A DNA stretch of 64,000 nt from an uncultured delta proteobacterium (GCA_963708295.1 CAVPSJ010000020.1:1-64000), one strand, 5' to 3'; counted from the stretch's first letter, positions 19,010 through 29,220 are shown. Numbers and translations: made by a program. The notes: generated from the letters alone by a model not told the origin.

Positions 19010-20317
19010 TCAGGCGGAAGCGGAAGAGATGCCTTCCTTCTTCCGTGGAACGATGGCGTTGACCATCAGCTCGGCCAGCCCCACGACATTGACGTTCAAT
19101 TGGTAGTGTTCGTTCAATTGCCCGAGCTGGTGCCGGCAGTTGTCACAGGAAGCCACGACGGTCCCGGCACCGGTGGCACGAATCTGTCGGGCCTTGGGCT
19201 CTCCGGCCTTCAACCGGACGTCGTCATAGTCGGCCAGCGCAACCAGGCCGCCACCGCCGCCGCAGCAGATGCTCTGGCGCCGGTTGGGTGTCATCTCGCG
19301 CAAATCTTTGACACAGGCCCGAAGGATCCGCCGGGGCTCCTCGAAGAGACCTCCATTTCGGCCTAAATTGCAGGAATCGTGATACGTTACGGAAATACCC
19401 TTGTTCCGCGAGGGGTCGAGCCGGACGCGACCGAGGCGGATATACTCGTCCATGACCTCCAGAATGCTGCGCACCTTGAATTTCCACGGTCTATCAAACC
19501 ACTTTGGCGCCTCCCACCGGGATGTGGCATAGGCATGACCGCATTCTGTGACGACGACTTCCTCTACCTCGAGCCTTTCAGCCTCTTTCACGATTCGCTC
19601 TGTAATGCGCTTCGCGCGCACCGGATCCTGGAGGAAGACACCATAGTTCGATGCCTCGAACATGCTGATCGTCCAGGATGCCCCGGCGTGATAAAAGATC
19701 TCGGACTCGGGCATAATGGTGTGAGCACCGGAAAGCGGGACATAGAGAATTTGTGCGCCCTTCACTTCGATCGGAATGCGTGCCTTGGGGTCGCCGACCT
19801 TTGCCTGGAGCTCTTCTTCCATGGACTTGATTTGCTCCAGGTAGAATTCTTTAAAGAACTCCATGTTCTCTTCGCGGGAGATGGCGGCGTCGGCCAGCTC
19901 CCGCAGGATCTCAGGGGACTTTCCGATGGCGTTCAAAACGCCACGGGCCGTGGCCATGACCAGGGGCGTGTCGACTCCCATGGGGCAGTTCACGATACAC
20001 CGCTGGCACAGCGTGCAATCCCGGAAAGCGGCATCGACCCATCGGTCCAGTCCCTCTTCGGTCAACTCACCGGCCCCGACCCACCAGGGAAAGATGCGGC
20101 GCAGCCAATCGTGCTCCTTTTTCATGACCTTTCTAACGTGCTCGGCCTTGGCCACGGGGCTGACCTTCGGGTCCCCGGTGGCCATGTGGTAGTGACACTG
20201 GTCGATGCACATTCCGCAGTGAACGCAGAGGTTGGAGGATGCCACCGCCATGTTGCGGGTATACCGCTTTTTCAGTTCTTCTTTGGCCTTCTGGACGATG
20301 TTCTTCTCTTCGTTCAT
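19010..20317 (-). CDS. CCG-domain Fe-S oxidoreductase (TmcB/HmcF/DsrK/HdrD-like)
   Basis: CVHCGMCIDQC, CTLCQRCIVNCP, ECGH, YHDSCN, CCGGGGG, SCDNC. Confidence 0.9.
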   Translation of the reverse strand: MNEEKNIVQKAKEELKKRYTRNMAVASSNLCVHCGMCIDQCHYHMATGDPKVSPVAKAEHVRKVMKKEHDWLRRIFPWWVGAGELTEEGLDRWVDAAFRDCTLCQRCIVNCPMGVDTPLVMATARGVLNAIGKSPEILRELADAAISREENMEFFKEFYLEQIKSMEEELQAKVGDPKARIPIEVKGAQILYVPLSGAHTIMPESEIFYHAGASWTISMFEASNYGVFLQDPVRAKRITERIVKEAERLEVEEVVVTECGHAYATSRWEAPKWFDRPWKFKVRSILEVMDEYIRLGRVRLDPSRNKGISVTYHDSCNLGRNGGLFEEPRRILRACVKDLREMTPNRRQSICCGGGGGLVALADYDDVRLKAGEPKARQIRATGAGTVVASCDNCRHQLGQLNEHYQLNVNVVGLAELMVNAIVPRKKEGISSASA

Positions 20318-20979
20318 GACTCCGCCCTCTCGGGAGTAATGATTCCTCGTCGGCCAAAACGGAGTCCGAAAAAGGCCCGTGCAAAGAACCATTGGACATA
20401 GTGAGAGATCTTGCTGAATGGGACGTAGAATAAAAAGGCAGCGGTGGTGATGAAATAGGCTTTCATCCAGCCTGACGACCCGGTGACCAATGCCATGACG
20501 GTGAACAGGAAGAAAACCTCCACTCCTGCCAGCGAGAAATAGTCATCCGGGGTGCTGACCTCCCTCAGATCAGGGGACATGATTCTTCTCCAGAGCTTCA
20601 GGACTCCCATGACGAAAGCCCCGGCGACAAGGACGGCCATGGCCAAACTGATGCCACGGGTCATGATGGATGGGGCAAAAGGAATGGTGAAGGTGGCCAG
20701 GATCGCTGCCCCCGCTCCCAGATGGTAGATTGCAAACTCGAGCCAGCGCCAGAGATGGCGCCGGGTGCTCTCCATCGACCAGGGGAGAAACAACGAGGCA
20801 TAAGAGTAGACGACTCCCAGTTCCTGGGACCCCTTCCGAGGAGCCACTTCCCGGGGGCGCGGGAGGCGCAAGATTTGATAGATCTTGAAGAGGTAAGCCA
20901 GCACGAGCCACGAGAGGGCAACAATCTGGAGATCGAACTTAACGAACCTGAGAAAGGAATCTTCCATGGCAGCACCCAT
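20314..20979 (-). CDS. Membrane subunit, TmcC/NarI/HdrE-like (start uncertain)
   Basis: About 5 TM helices, ISTPDD-like STPDDYFS, YVPFSKISHY; overlaps the start of the Fe-S gene. Confidence 0.75.
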   Translation of the reverse strand: MGAAMEDSFLRFVKFDLQIVALSWLVLAYLFKIYQILRLPRPREVAPRKGSQELGVVYSYASLFLPWSMESTRRHLWRWLEFAIYHLGAGAAILATFTIPFAPSIMTRGISLAMAVLVAGAFVMGVLKLWRRIMSPDLREVSTPDDYFSLAGVEVFFLFTVMALVTGSSGWMKAYFITTAAFLFYVPFSKISHYVQWFFARAFFGLRFGRRGIITPERAES

Positions 20980-21221
20980 CACTTAATCCTTTTGACCCAA
21001 AACCGGATGACCTTGCCTTCTTTGTGGGTCTTCAACATCTCGTTTCCGGTCGTCTTGGCCCACGCCGGGATATCGATCAAAACTCCAGGGTCTGTTGCGG
21101 AGGCTTCGATCACCTGGCCGATCTCCACCTGTTTGATCGCCTGGCTCACCTTCACGATCGGAAGGGGACAGAGAAGTCCTTCCAGGTTGAGCACTAAATT
21201 CGCATTGATTTGTTCGGTCAT
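20979..21221 (-). CDS. tusA: TusA-family sulfur carrier
   Basis: LNLEGLLCPLP, ATDPG..DIPAWAKTTGNE. Confidence 0.9.
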   Translation of the reverse strand: MTEQINANLVLNLEGLLCPLPIVKVSQAIKQVEIGQVIEASATDPGVLIDIPAWAKTTGNEMLKTHKEGKVIRFWVKRIK

Positions 21222-21317
21222 GGTTCTTTCTCCTTTCCTGTTTTCATTCATCCGGATCTTTCGAGCCACACTTCGGTCCGGCATTCTCTGGAATCGAATT
21301 TACGTAAAATAGTTTTA

Positions 21318-22100
21318 TTAAGGCTCGAAATGGGTGATTTCGGCAATTCGTTCCAAGCGGTCCAGGAGGGCAAGTCGCTCTTCTCCGATCTTTGAGAAGG
21401 TGTCAGCCACCTGCTTCACCAGGCGCGAGACGCGCGGCAATTGGTCAGCCTGGATGGTGCGCACTCCGGCAGAGGCCGCGTGCAGACTTTTTTCAGGCAG
21501 GTCCAATTCGGAAGACAACTTTGAAAGATTCTCCCTCCAACCAACGTCGTTACGCCCTTCTCCGCCCCGAGGGTCCAACTGGCAACCCACGACAATCCCG
21601 ACCCACTTCCCATGGGTCGTGATTTGTTCGCCGGCACCCAGGAGGCCGGCGTGGCAGGTATTCATTCCACCCTTGCCCAAGTTCTTCCAGAAGGTCGAGC
21701 AGCGTCGCTGGCCTTCCTTGCTGGAGAGGATGGCCTGGCAAAAATCGCAGCTATTACTAACCTCTGTGAGCGCACGTCCCTCGGTATCCGTAGTGACTGC
21801 AGCCACACCCATGGCATCGGCAAAAATCGACTGCACGGCCTGAATGCAGGTTATAGGAAGAATTCTTGAAACCTGTTCCTCGTCCTTGCCCGCTCCATCA
21901 CTCGCCAAAGAATCGAGGTCAAAGTATCGCCCTCGGATCCAGGATTCTACCTCGGAGCGGGAAAAACGCCACTGCCCACCGACCTTGAATCCCTTAAGAC
22001 GGCCGTCTCCGAGCATTCGATAGATAGTGATCCGATCGACTTTCAGGATTTCTTCGAGCTGATGGGTGGTGAGAAGGTCATTCGTGATGTTCGTTGACAT
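21318..22100 (-). CDS. Excisionase-type HTH (HTH_17) plus PocR sensory-domain regulator
   Basis: LLTTHQL..LKVDRITIYRM..GFKVGGQWRF; PocR cysteines SCDFC..RC..CHAGL. Confidence 0.85.
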   Translation of the reverse strand: MSTNITNDLLTTHQLEEILKVDRITIYRMLGDGRLKGFKVGGQWRFSRSEVESWIRGRYFDLDSLASDGAGKDEEQVSRILPITCIQAVQSIFADAMGVAAVTTDTEGRALTEVSNSCDFCQAILSSKEGQRRCSTFWKNLGKGGMNTCHAGLLGAGEQITTHGKWVGIVVGCQLDPRGGEGRNDVGWRENLSKLSSELDLPEKSLHAASAGVRTIQADQLPRVSRLVKQVADTFSKIGEERLALLDRLERIAEITHFEP

Positions 22101-22110
22101 ATTAATTATC

Positions 22111-22173
22111 AAAATAACTCATTTGAAAGGATTTGTCAAGAAAATTATTATGTCATGTTATAAAATGTTATAA
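22111..22173 (-). promoter_or_regulatory. Sigma-70 promoter (near-leaderless) with upstream 10-bp-phased direct repeats
   Basis: Minus strand TTGACA (22139-34), 17 bp, TATTTT (22116-11), ATG at 22100; ATGTTATAA repeated at 22155 and 22165. Confidence 0.55.
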
Positions 22174-22219
22174 CAACGATAATCAAATAAACCTTTTTGT
22201 CTGGTGAGTTCTTTGAGAG

Positions 22220-22336
22220 AGCTCCTGGTGGTTTGTACTGACACAGGTGCTGGGATATGACAATGTAAAGATCTTTGACGGATCCGCCCAGGAATGGGTA
22301 AGGTATTACGACATGGTTCCGTATCAATGGGACTAA
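22220..22336 (+). pseudogene. C-terminal remnant of an SseA/RhdA-type sulfurtransferase
   Basis: SSWWFVLTQVLGYDNVKIFDGSAQEWVRYYDMVPYQWD* carries the rhodanese C-terminal DGS..EW signature; stops lie immediately upstream. Confidence 0.75.
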
Positions 22337-22337
22337 A

Positions 22338-22391
22338 TAAAAATAGGGACACATTCCAATTTTCGGAAAATGGGATGTGTCCCTATTTTTA
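22338..22391. terminator. Long inverted repeat between convergent genes
   Basis: taaaaatagggacacat..atgtgtccctattttta. Confidence 0.65.
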
Positions 22392-23876
22392 TAGCCAGTC
22401 CTTCAGGCGGTCCCAGAAGGTGAGTTTTTCGAAGACATAAAGCCCCTCTCTCGTTTGCAGAGAGACCTTCCTGCCCATCTTCAATTCATCGGGAGAACGG
22501 TAATCCGGATTGCAGGCCATCACCACCTCACCTCCTTCGGTTTTGACAAGGCCGAGGGTGAGGGGCGAACGGAATCCTTCTGGAACGGCGTAAAGGGTGG
22601 TGAATGTTTCCAGTGTTCCAACTCCAGCCGCGGGCGAAGAAGGGGGCCTTTTCTTCGGAACGCTCATTTCGCATTGATCCTCCGGGCTCCAGTCCTCGCC
22701 GAATGGGGTCGTGCCGCTTTTGAGGGTTCTCTGACCGTCGGTTCGCTCAAGGATGGTGACCAGATTGTTATTCCCCAATCCCCCAATGCTATGAGCCAGC
22801 CCGATCTCCGCCCTCGCTAATTGTCTCTCCGGTCCCGCCTCACCTCTGAGTTGATAGACGATCTCCACCAGCTGGGCCAGGCCGGAAGCACCCACAGGAT
22901 GCCCTCTGGCCTTCAACCCTCCGGATGGGTTGATGGGGAGCCTTCCACGAAGAAGGGTGACTCCTTCTTCCAGGGCCTTCCACCCCTCCCCGGCGGAGAA
23001 AAAACCTAAATCTTCCGTCCCGATGATTTCAAAGGGGGTAAAGGCGTCATGGACTTCCGCGAACTGAATATCCGAAGGATTCAGCCGGGCCATCGCGTAA
23101 GCCCTGTGAGCAGCTTCCTTCGTTGAATTAAAAGAGGTGAGAGAAGCGCGATGTCTCACTGCAGACGTATCCGTGGCATGGCCAATGCCCGAGACCTTAA
23201 TCGGAGCGGGTTGAGAGGTGAGGACCATGGCCGAAGCGCCATCTGTGATCGGCGCGCAATCATAGAGGCGGAGGGGATAAGAGACCATCTGGCTTTTCAG
23301 GTAATCATCCTTCGTAATGATTTTTCTGAATTGAGCATAAGGGTTGAGGTAGCCATTCGTGTGATTCTTGATAGCCACCTGGGCGAGAATGTCCTCAAGC
23401 TTGAGTTGCGAAAGGTTGAATTCTCGCGCGTATTTCTGGGCGACCATCGCTGCCAGGGCAGGCATGGTCGCGCCGTACCTTCGTTCGGAACGATCGATCG
23501 CCTCGGAAAGAATCCGGGTAGTTTTGCCCGTGGGGAGATGGGTCATTTTTTCTCCGGCGAGGACAAGGACATGTTTCATGTGGCCTGAGGCCACGGCGTA
23601 GAACGCCGTTTGAAAAGCGCCTGCACCCGTGGAGGATGCGGTTTCCACTCGAGTGGACGGAACACCGGCAAGCCCGAGGGTATCGACCAGAAGGGTGGCA
23701 AAATTGGAATCACCGACAAATTCCTCAACATTCATGACCCCAATGTAGATGGCGTCGGCCCGCTGCAGTTGGGCTTCTTTTAAAGCCGAAGAAGCCGCTT
23801 CTGCCATCATCGCTTCGAGAGACTCCTTCGATCTCCCGAATTTTGTCATGCCCACGCCTGAGATATAGACATCCAT
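22389..23876 (-). CDS. SCP2/archaeal-type thiolase-like protein fused to a C-terminal DUF35-like OB-fold
   Basis: GMTKFG, KNH.NG..NPYAQ, DCAPITDGA, EVHDAF, NPSGGLKARGHP; C-terminus GTLETFTT..PEGF..P..LGLV. Confidence 0.85.
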   Translation of the reverse strand: MDVYISGVGMTKFGRSKESLEAMMAEAASSALKEAQLQRADAIYIGVMNVEEFVGDSNFATLLVDTLGLAGVPSTRVETASSTGAGAFQTAFYAVASGHMKHVLVLAGEKMTHLPTGKTTRILSEAIDRSERRYGATMPALAAMVAQKYAREFNLSQLKLEDILAQVAIKNHTNGYLNPYAQFRKIITKDDYLKSQMVSYPLRLYDCAPITDGASAMVLTSQPAPIKVSGIGHATDTSAVRHRASLTSFNSTKEAAHRAYAMARLNPSDIQFAEVHDAFTPFEIIGTEDLGFFSAGEGWKALEEGVTLLRGRLPINPSGGLKARGHPVGASGLAQLVEIVYQLRGEAGPERQLARAEIGLAHSIGGLGNNNLVTILERTDGQRTLKSGTTPFGEDWSPEDQCEMSVPKKRPPSSPAAGVGTLETFTTLYAVPEGFRSPLTLGLVKTEGGEVVMACNPDYRSPDELKMGRKVSLQTREGLYVFEKLTFWDRLKDWL

Positions 23877-24287
23877 CTTTTTTTCCGGTCTCTCTTCCGA
23901 ATCTTACAACAAAAAATTCCGTTTTAACAGACAGACTCAGAGGGCTACATCCCCTTTCGAAGCCAGTTGGGTGAGGTAAAAAGAGGAGTGGAGAATCCAG
24001 ATCCTTAGCGATGAAGTCTTGAAGGGAGGCATACCGATCTACTAGAATCAGCCTGCTGTCAATCACATTTTACATCTAACCTATTGTAAATATTATATTT
24101 TTACTTGTGAAAAGAAATCCTTTGACCTTCTCGAAAATGAATATTATATTTAGCCTGGATCTAATGTTGAATCCAAACGAGCTTTTTCAGCTTTTGTAAA
24201 TATATTTAAAAAAGTCTTTCCCTCCTTCAAAAAGCCGAAACGAAGAATTCGTTCAACATTAAGATCAAATTTTAGAGGCTGATAAAA

Positions 24288-25283
24288 ATGGACGAGATCA
24301 GTTATCAGAAATTTCTGACGACCAGGATTAACGACTTGGAACTGGAAGTCAACGAGTCATTAGCTCCTTCCTTCAAAAGATTGAAGAAGGAACTCAGAGA
24401 ACACCGGATTTCCTTATGGCCTGATTTCTATCTCGGGAATGAGTGGGGATGTGTGAATAAGAAGATTTCAATCAGCATCCCGTTCTATTTAGCGATGCCT
24501 GAGTTGAAAGACCTGCAGGGAGATACACCCAGTCACGAGGAGACGATAAAGATCCTGCGCCACGAGACAGGCCATGCGGTGAATTATGCCTACAAACTTT
24601 GGCAACGGAAAGACTGGAAGAAAACCTTTGGTGATTTTCATAAGAAGTATCGTGACGGATATCTCTACCGGGTGAACCCTTGGTCGAAGAGTTATGTCAG
24701 ACACCTCCACTATTTAGGGGATCCTCATTACGCTCAAAAACATCCTGATGAGGACTGGGCGGAGACTTTCGCCATCTGGCTTGACCCGAGGTCCCACTGG
24801 GGAGTCAAATATCGAAATTGGCCCACCGCTTTAGAGAAATTATCCTATGTGGATCGTCTCATGGAGGAAATTGCAGGCAGAGAACCTTTGAATCTGTCGA
24901 TGAAACAAGATGGTCAATATACGACGATTGAAGAGACGGTAACGGAATGGTGGGGTTTAAACGGAGAAATCCTGGACCAGGAACTCCAGGAATATCTGAC
25001 CGATATGAACGAGCTCTTCGTCAAGCCGGGAAACGGATGGAAGGATCTTCTTCCGGCATGGAAGTTGATTCAAAAATACGCGAGGCCCCTTACCGAGCGG
25101 GTCAGTCTCTGGATCTCGGGGTCGAATAAACACACCCTTCGGAAAAGACTTCGCCGGTGGGAAGCCATCTGCAGGAACGAATCCTTAGGGTACCTTCCGG
25201 AAGAAGAAGGAAGAAAAGTGATTGAGTTGACTACCCTTCTGACTTACTATGTGGTGGATGGGATTCACCACTTCCGCAATTAA
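24288..25283 (+). CDS. Putative zinc-binding metallopeptidase (Peptidase_Mx-like)
   Basis: ILRHETGHA (HExxH), YAQKHPDEDWAETFA. Confidence 0.8.
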   Translation: MDEISYQKFLTTRINDLELEVNESLAPSFKRLKKELREHRISLWPDFYLGNEWGCVNKKISISIPFYLAMPELKDLQGDTPSHEETIKILRHETGHAVNYAYKLWQRKDWKKTFGDFHKKYRDGYLYRVNPWSKSYVRHLHYLGDPHYAQKHPDEDWAETFAIWLDPRSHWGVKYRNWPTALEKLSYVDRLMEEIAGREPLNLSMKQDGQYTTIEETVTEWWGLNGEILDQELQEYLTDMNELFVKPGNGWKDLLPAWKLIQKYARPLTERVSLWISGSNKHTLRKRLRRWEAICRNESLGYLPEEEGRKVIELTTLLTYYVVDGIHHFRN

Positions 25284-25348
25284 TCCGCTTTTCTTCTTTG
25301 CAAATCTACTTCTCCGAACACCGAACTCATTACTCCGAACGATCAATA

Positions 25349-26002
25349 TCAAAGGATGACTGTTTTCCTGATGACCTTGATAATTTCTTCCGGCTCATCG
25401 ATCAGCTGGAGGATTTCCAGGTCTGAGGGGGAGATCTTTCCTTCCTTCATCACCGTTTCCTTCATCCAATCCAAGAGGCCCTTCCAATAATCTGACCCGA
25501 CCAGGATCACCGGAAAAGGTCGAATCTTGTGAGTCTGAATGAGTGTGACGGATTCAAATAATTCATCCATCGTGCCAAAACCACCCGGAAGGATGATGTA
25601 GGCGACCGCATATTTGACAAACATGACCTTCCGAACGAAAAAATAACGAAACTTCAAAGTGATATTGGCATAGGGGTTAGGCCTCTGCTCCAGGGGAATC
25701 TCGATGTTGAGTCCGATGGAATTTCCCCCGGCAGACGCAGCGCCTTTGTTGGCGGCCTCCATGACTCCGGGTCCTCCCCCTGTGATGACGCCAAAACCAT
25801 TCTCCACAAGGAGCTGGCCGATTTGCTCCGCCTTCTGGTAGACCTCATCCCCCGGTCTGACACGAGTGGACCCGAAGATGCTCACCGAAGGATGATATTT
25901 CCCCAGAGCTTCGAATCCCTCTACGAATTCCGCCATGATATGAAACATCCTCCACGATTCACTGGCAGCAATCTCATTGATGACGTACTGCTTGTCGATC
26001 AT
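25349..26002 (-). CDS. LOG family protein (TIGR00730)
   Basis: ITGGGPGVMEAANKGA, FRYFFVRK, PGGFGTMDE. Confidence 0.92.
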   Translation of the reverse strand: MIDKQYVINEIAASESWRMFHIMAEFVEGFEALGKYHPSVSIFGSTRVRPGDEVYQKAEQIGQLLVENGFGVITGGGPGVMEAANKGAASAGGNSIGLNIEIPLEQRPNPYANITLKFRYFFVRKVMFVKYAVAYIILPGGFGTMDELFESVTLIQTHKIRPFPVILVGSDYWKGLLDWMKETVMKEGKISPSDLEILQLIDEPEEIIKVIRKTVIL

Positions 26003-26289
26003 GAATTCTCCTTTTCCACCCCCCCTGCCTGCAGCTCCGGTCCCGACCGAGGGCGGGCGGGCAGGCTCTCCCTCCCCCGTTTTAGGCGAAGGGCCAGGAG
26101 GGGCTGTCGCTTATTTTTATTGATAATTTCAACGTTTTATATTAGGAGAAAGAGAGTTTAATGTCAATTCTCTGGCAAAAAAAGTAGTTTAGTTCGGAGT
26201 ACTCCTGTCCAAATTAAGGGGAATCTCCTGTGGGCGACCTTGATTTCATTAGGCTTTTGGATTAACATTCGTCGCTTTCGAACCCAGGT

Positions 26290-26551
26290 TTCACCGCTGA
26301 GACGCCGAGATCGCAGAGGGAGATTTTTCTTCTGCTCCAATCGGCCACCGGCTCAGAGAGCCTATGGCTCGGAGAGGAGACGGCAATTGAAGCAGAAACT
26401 CCATCCCTTCGGGAACAAGATCGGACTCTCTTAGTGGCTATGGCACCTATTATGAGCCTCGCATTGAAAGGACGGAAACCTTTTTGTTTGGTGGTATCTC
26501 CCCGCCAAACAAAAGATTCCTTCTCTGCGTCCTTGGCGGCTCTGCGGTGAA
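26290..26551. repeat. Composite intergenic element bounded by inverted repeats
   Basis: ttcaccgctgagacgccgagatcgcagag and ctctgcgtccttggcggctctgcggtgaa are imperfect inverted copies enclosing further palindromes. Confidence 0.5.
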
Positions 26552-26657
26552 AAATGTTATTTTGGACAAGCTTGAGTTCGGAGTATGAGTTTTGAGGCTC
26601 CGAACACCGAACTGATTTACTCCGAACTGCCTTAGGAACACTTAGAAGAGGACACGG

Positions 26658-28275
26658 ATGAGAGTGGAATTTTTGGGAGGGGTTCGAACGGTGACTGGAT
26701 CGGCCACTCTCCTGGAAAGAGATTCGTTAAAATGGCTGGTCGATTGCGGGATGTTCCAGGGAGGCAAGGAGCTCGAGAAGAGAAACTGGAAAACCCAACC
26801 CTACCGGCCGAAAGAGCTCTCTTTTATCTTACTCACCCATGCCCATATTGACCACAGCGGTCTCATTCCAAAACTGGTCAAGGAGGGATTTCGGGGAAAG
26901 GTGATCTGCACCCAGGCGACGCTCGATCTCTGTGAGGTGATGCTCCAGGATAGCGGACATATTCAAGAGATGGAAGCCGAGTGGCAGAATCGTAAGGGCA
27001 AAAGGGCCGGGAAGGGAGAAGCGATTCCCCTTTACACCGCCAAGGACGCAGAAAGATCTCTTCAGTACTTTCAGCCGGTGCGCTATGACGAAATCGTTCA
27101 ATTGGCGGATGGGTTGAGGGTGCGTTTTCGAGATGCCGGGCATATTCTGGGGTCTGCCATCATTGAAATCCGGGTTGAAGAGGAGGGCCAGGAAAGGAAA
27201 CTGATCTTCTCGGGCGATTTAGGAAACTTTGACCAACCGATCGTTCGAGATCCATCGGTCGTTGAAGAAGGGGATGTCCTCTGGTTGGAATCGACTTACG
27301 GAGACCGGCTTCACAAATCAAAGGAAGAGACCGTTCAGGAATTGTTGAAAATCATCCGGGAGGCGATTGCGCATCAGGCAAAGGTCGTCATCCCCGCCTT
27401 TGCCGTGGAGACGGACTCAGGATATTATTTACACCCTCGGCCAATCTATTCGAAGGGACGCCCTCCCTCCGATTCCCGTCTATATCGATAGCCCGCTGGC
27501 CATCTCTGCCACGGAGATTTTTAAGAAGAATTCAGACTGCTTTGACCGGGAGACCCAGGAAATCCTGTCGGGAGGAGAGAATCCATTGGACATTCCAGGG
27601 ATCCGTCTATACCCGGACCACGGAAGAATCCAAAGCCATCAATGAAGATTCAAGGCCGGGTGTGATTGTTTCCGCCAGCGGGATGTGTGATTCGGGGAGG
27701 ATTAAACACCATTTGAAACACCACCTCTGGCGGGAAGCATCGCACATCGTCATCATCGGTTACCAGGCTGAGGGAACCGTACGGGAGAAGGATTGTGGAC
27801 GGAGCCAAGACGGTGAGGCTCTTCGGGGAGGAGATTGCCGTCAAAGCCCATATTCATACCCTGGGTGGATTCTCCGCCCATGCCGACCAGAAGGGGCTGC
27901 TCGATTGGCTTTCCCATGTCGAGAATCCCCGGTCTGGAGGTATTCGTCAACCATGGCGAGGAGAAAACTTCTCTGGGACTGAGTCAACTCGTCAACGCCC
28001 GATTCCACTTCAAAACGAGCGTGCCCCAGTGGAGGGAGAAGAAATTTCTTTTCAGTGACGTAGAAAAAGAGATGCCTGAAGAGCAGGGGAAGGAGGCCTT
28101 GCCTCCTGAAGAGCCGCTCTCCGTTCTTTTGAACCGTCTGGATCGAACGTATAAGAAGCTTCGCCGAAAATTGAAAAGGGAGAAAAAAGGGGGGGAGGAT
28201 GTTGGCCACCCGAGGTGGTGGAGGCAACTCGAGGAGATCGATCAGAAACTGGAGGAGTTGGAATCGGAGCTTTAA
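26658..28275 (+). CDS. MBL-fold beta-CASP ribonuclease (several indels)
   Basis: VTGS, DCGMFQG, THAHIDH, AGHILGS, FSGD, ESTYGDR, SASGMC..GRI, FSAHAD, NHGE. Confidence 0.88.
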
Positions 28276-28293
28276 AGATATTGCGGAATGCGG

Positions 28294-28470
28294 CTGCCTG
28301 CCGGTAGGCAGGGAGTTCGGACCCATCCCCTTCCCAACCTCCCCCTTGAAGGGGGAGGAGAATAAGCAGCTCACCCTTTAGGGGAAGGAACATGATGATT
28401 CCCTTCCCTTCAGGGGAAGGACATCAACTTCCCTCCCTCTCAGGGGGAGGGAAAGGGTGGGGGTGGGGGC
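28294..28470. repeat. REP-like palindrome cluster
   Basis: ctgcctgccggtaggcagg, then cccaacctcccccttgaagggggagg and an inverted partner; the same units recur at 34823-34948 and about 39618-39638. Confidence 0.7.
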
Positions 28471-28512
28471 AACGACTCGAAGTGTAGGTGCGAAAGGAAT
28501 AAAGGGATTGCC

Positions 28513-29220
28513 ATGAAAGGAAGAACTCTATTTTCTTCGATCGTGTTGATCGGGGCCCTTTTGTTTCACTTGTCCGGAGAGGGTTTCGCGGGGGTGACGG
28601 TGGAACAGGTGGTGAGAGATCAAAACGGAGTCCCGTCGAAAACATTGCTCTATCTTTCGGACCACCAATATCGAACCGACCATCAAGAAGCTGGGAAGAC
28701 CACCATCCTGGACTTCAAAGAGGATCGATTGGTGATGATCGATCACCGATCCAAGAATTATGTCGAAGTCAAACTCTCCCTGTGGGAAAGAGATGTGGCC
28801 AAACGGCTCAAGAAGGAATCCCCCGGCGTGAAGCCGAAGAAAAGGGAGATTCTCGTGAAGCAGACCGGGAAAAAGGCTGTCATCAACGGTTTTCAGACCG
28901 AGCAGGTCGAGATACGGGCCGGGGGGGAATTGATCGAGGAGAATTGGGTGACCCGAGATGTGGAAATGAAAGAGATCGAACAGGTGATGGATCGGGTGGC
29001 CGGGGTGTTTTCAAAAGATTTGCGGCTTGAGATGAAAGAAGGCCGGGAGATCCACGAGAAGCTCAAGCCTTTAGGCTTTCCGGTATTGATCAAAGACTAT
29101 ACGATGACCTACGGGTTGGGCGCGATCGATCGGGTGGAAGTCAAAAAGATAGAGAAGAAAGAGCTGAAGGACGAAGTCTTTCTCCCTCCCGCCGGTTACG
29201 AGCGGATCATTCCGAAGTAA
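28513..29220 (+). CDS. Exported DUF4412-like protein
   Basis: Signal peptide, TGKKAVINGF, ENWVT, GFPV, C-terminal F.PPAGY. Confidence 0.7.
   Translation: MKGRTLFSSIVLIGALLFHLSGEGFAGVTVEQVVRDQNGVPSKTLLYLSDHQYRTDHQEAGKTTILDFKEDRLVMIDHRSKNYVEVKLSLWERDVAKRLKKESPGVKPKKREILVKQTGKKAVINGFQTEQVEIRAGGELIEENWVTRDVEMKEIEQVMDRVAGVFSKDLRLEMKEGREIHEKLKPLGFPVLIKDYTMTYGLGAIDRVEVKKIEKKELKDEVFLPPAGYERIIPK

Noticed and set aside
22206-22268. UxxC-like reading (LY-TGA-HRC) suggesting a selenoprotein
   Set aside because: No start codon, a TAA follows shortly, and another frame gives a clear sulfurtransferase C-terminus.
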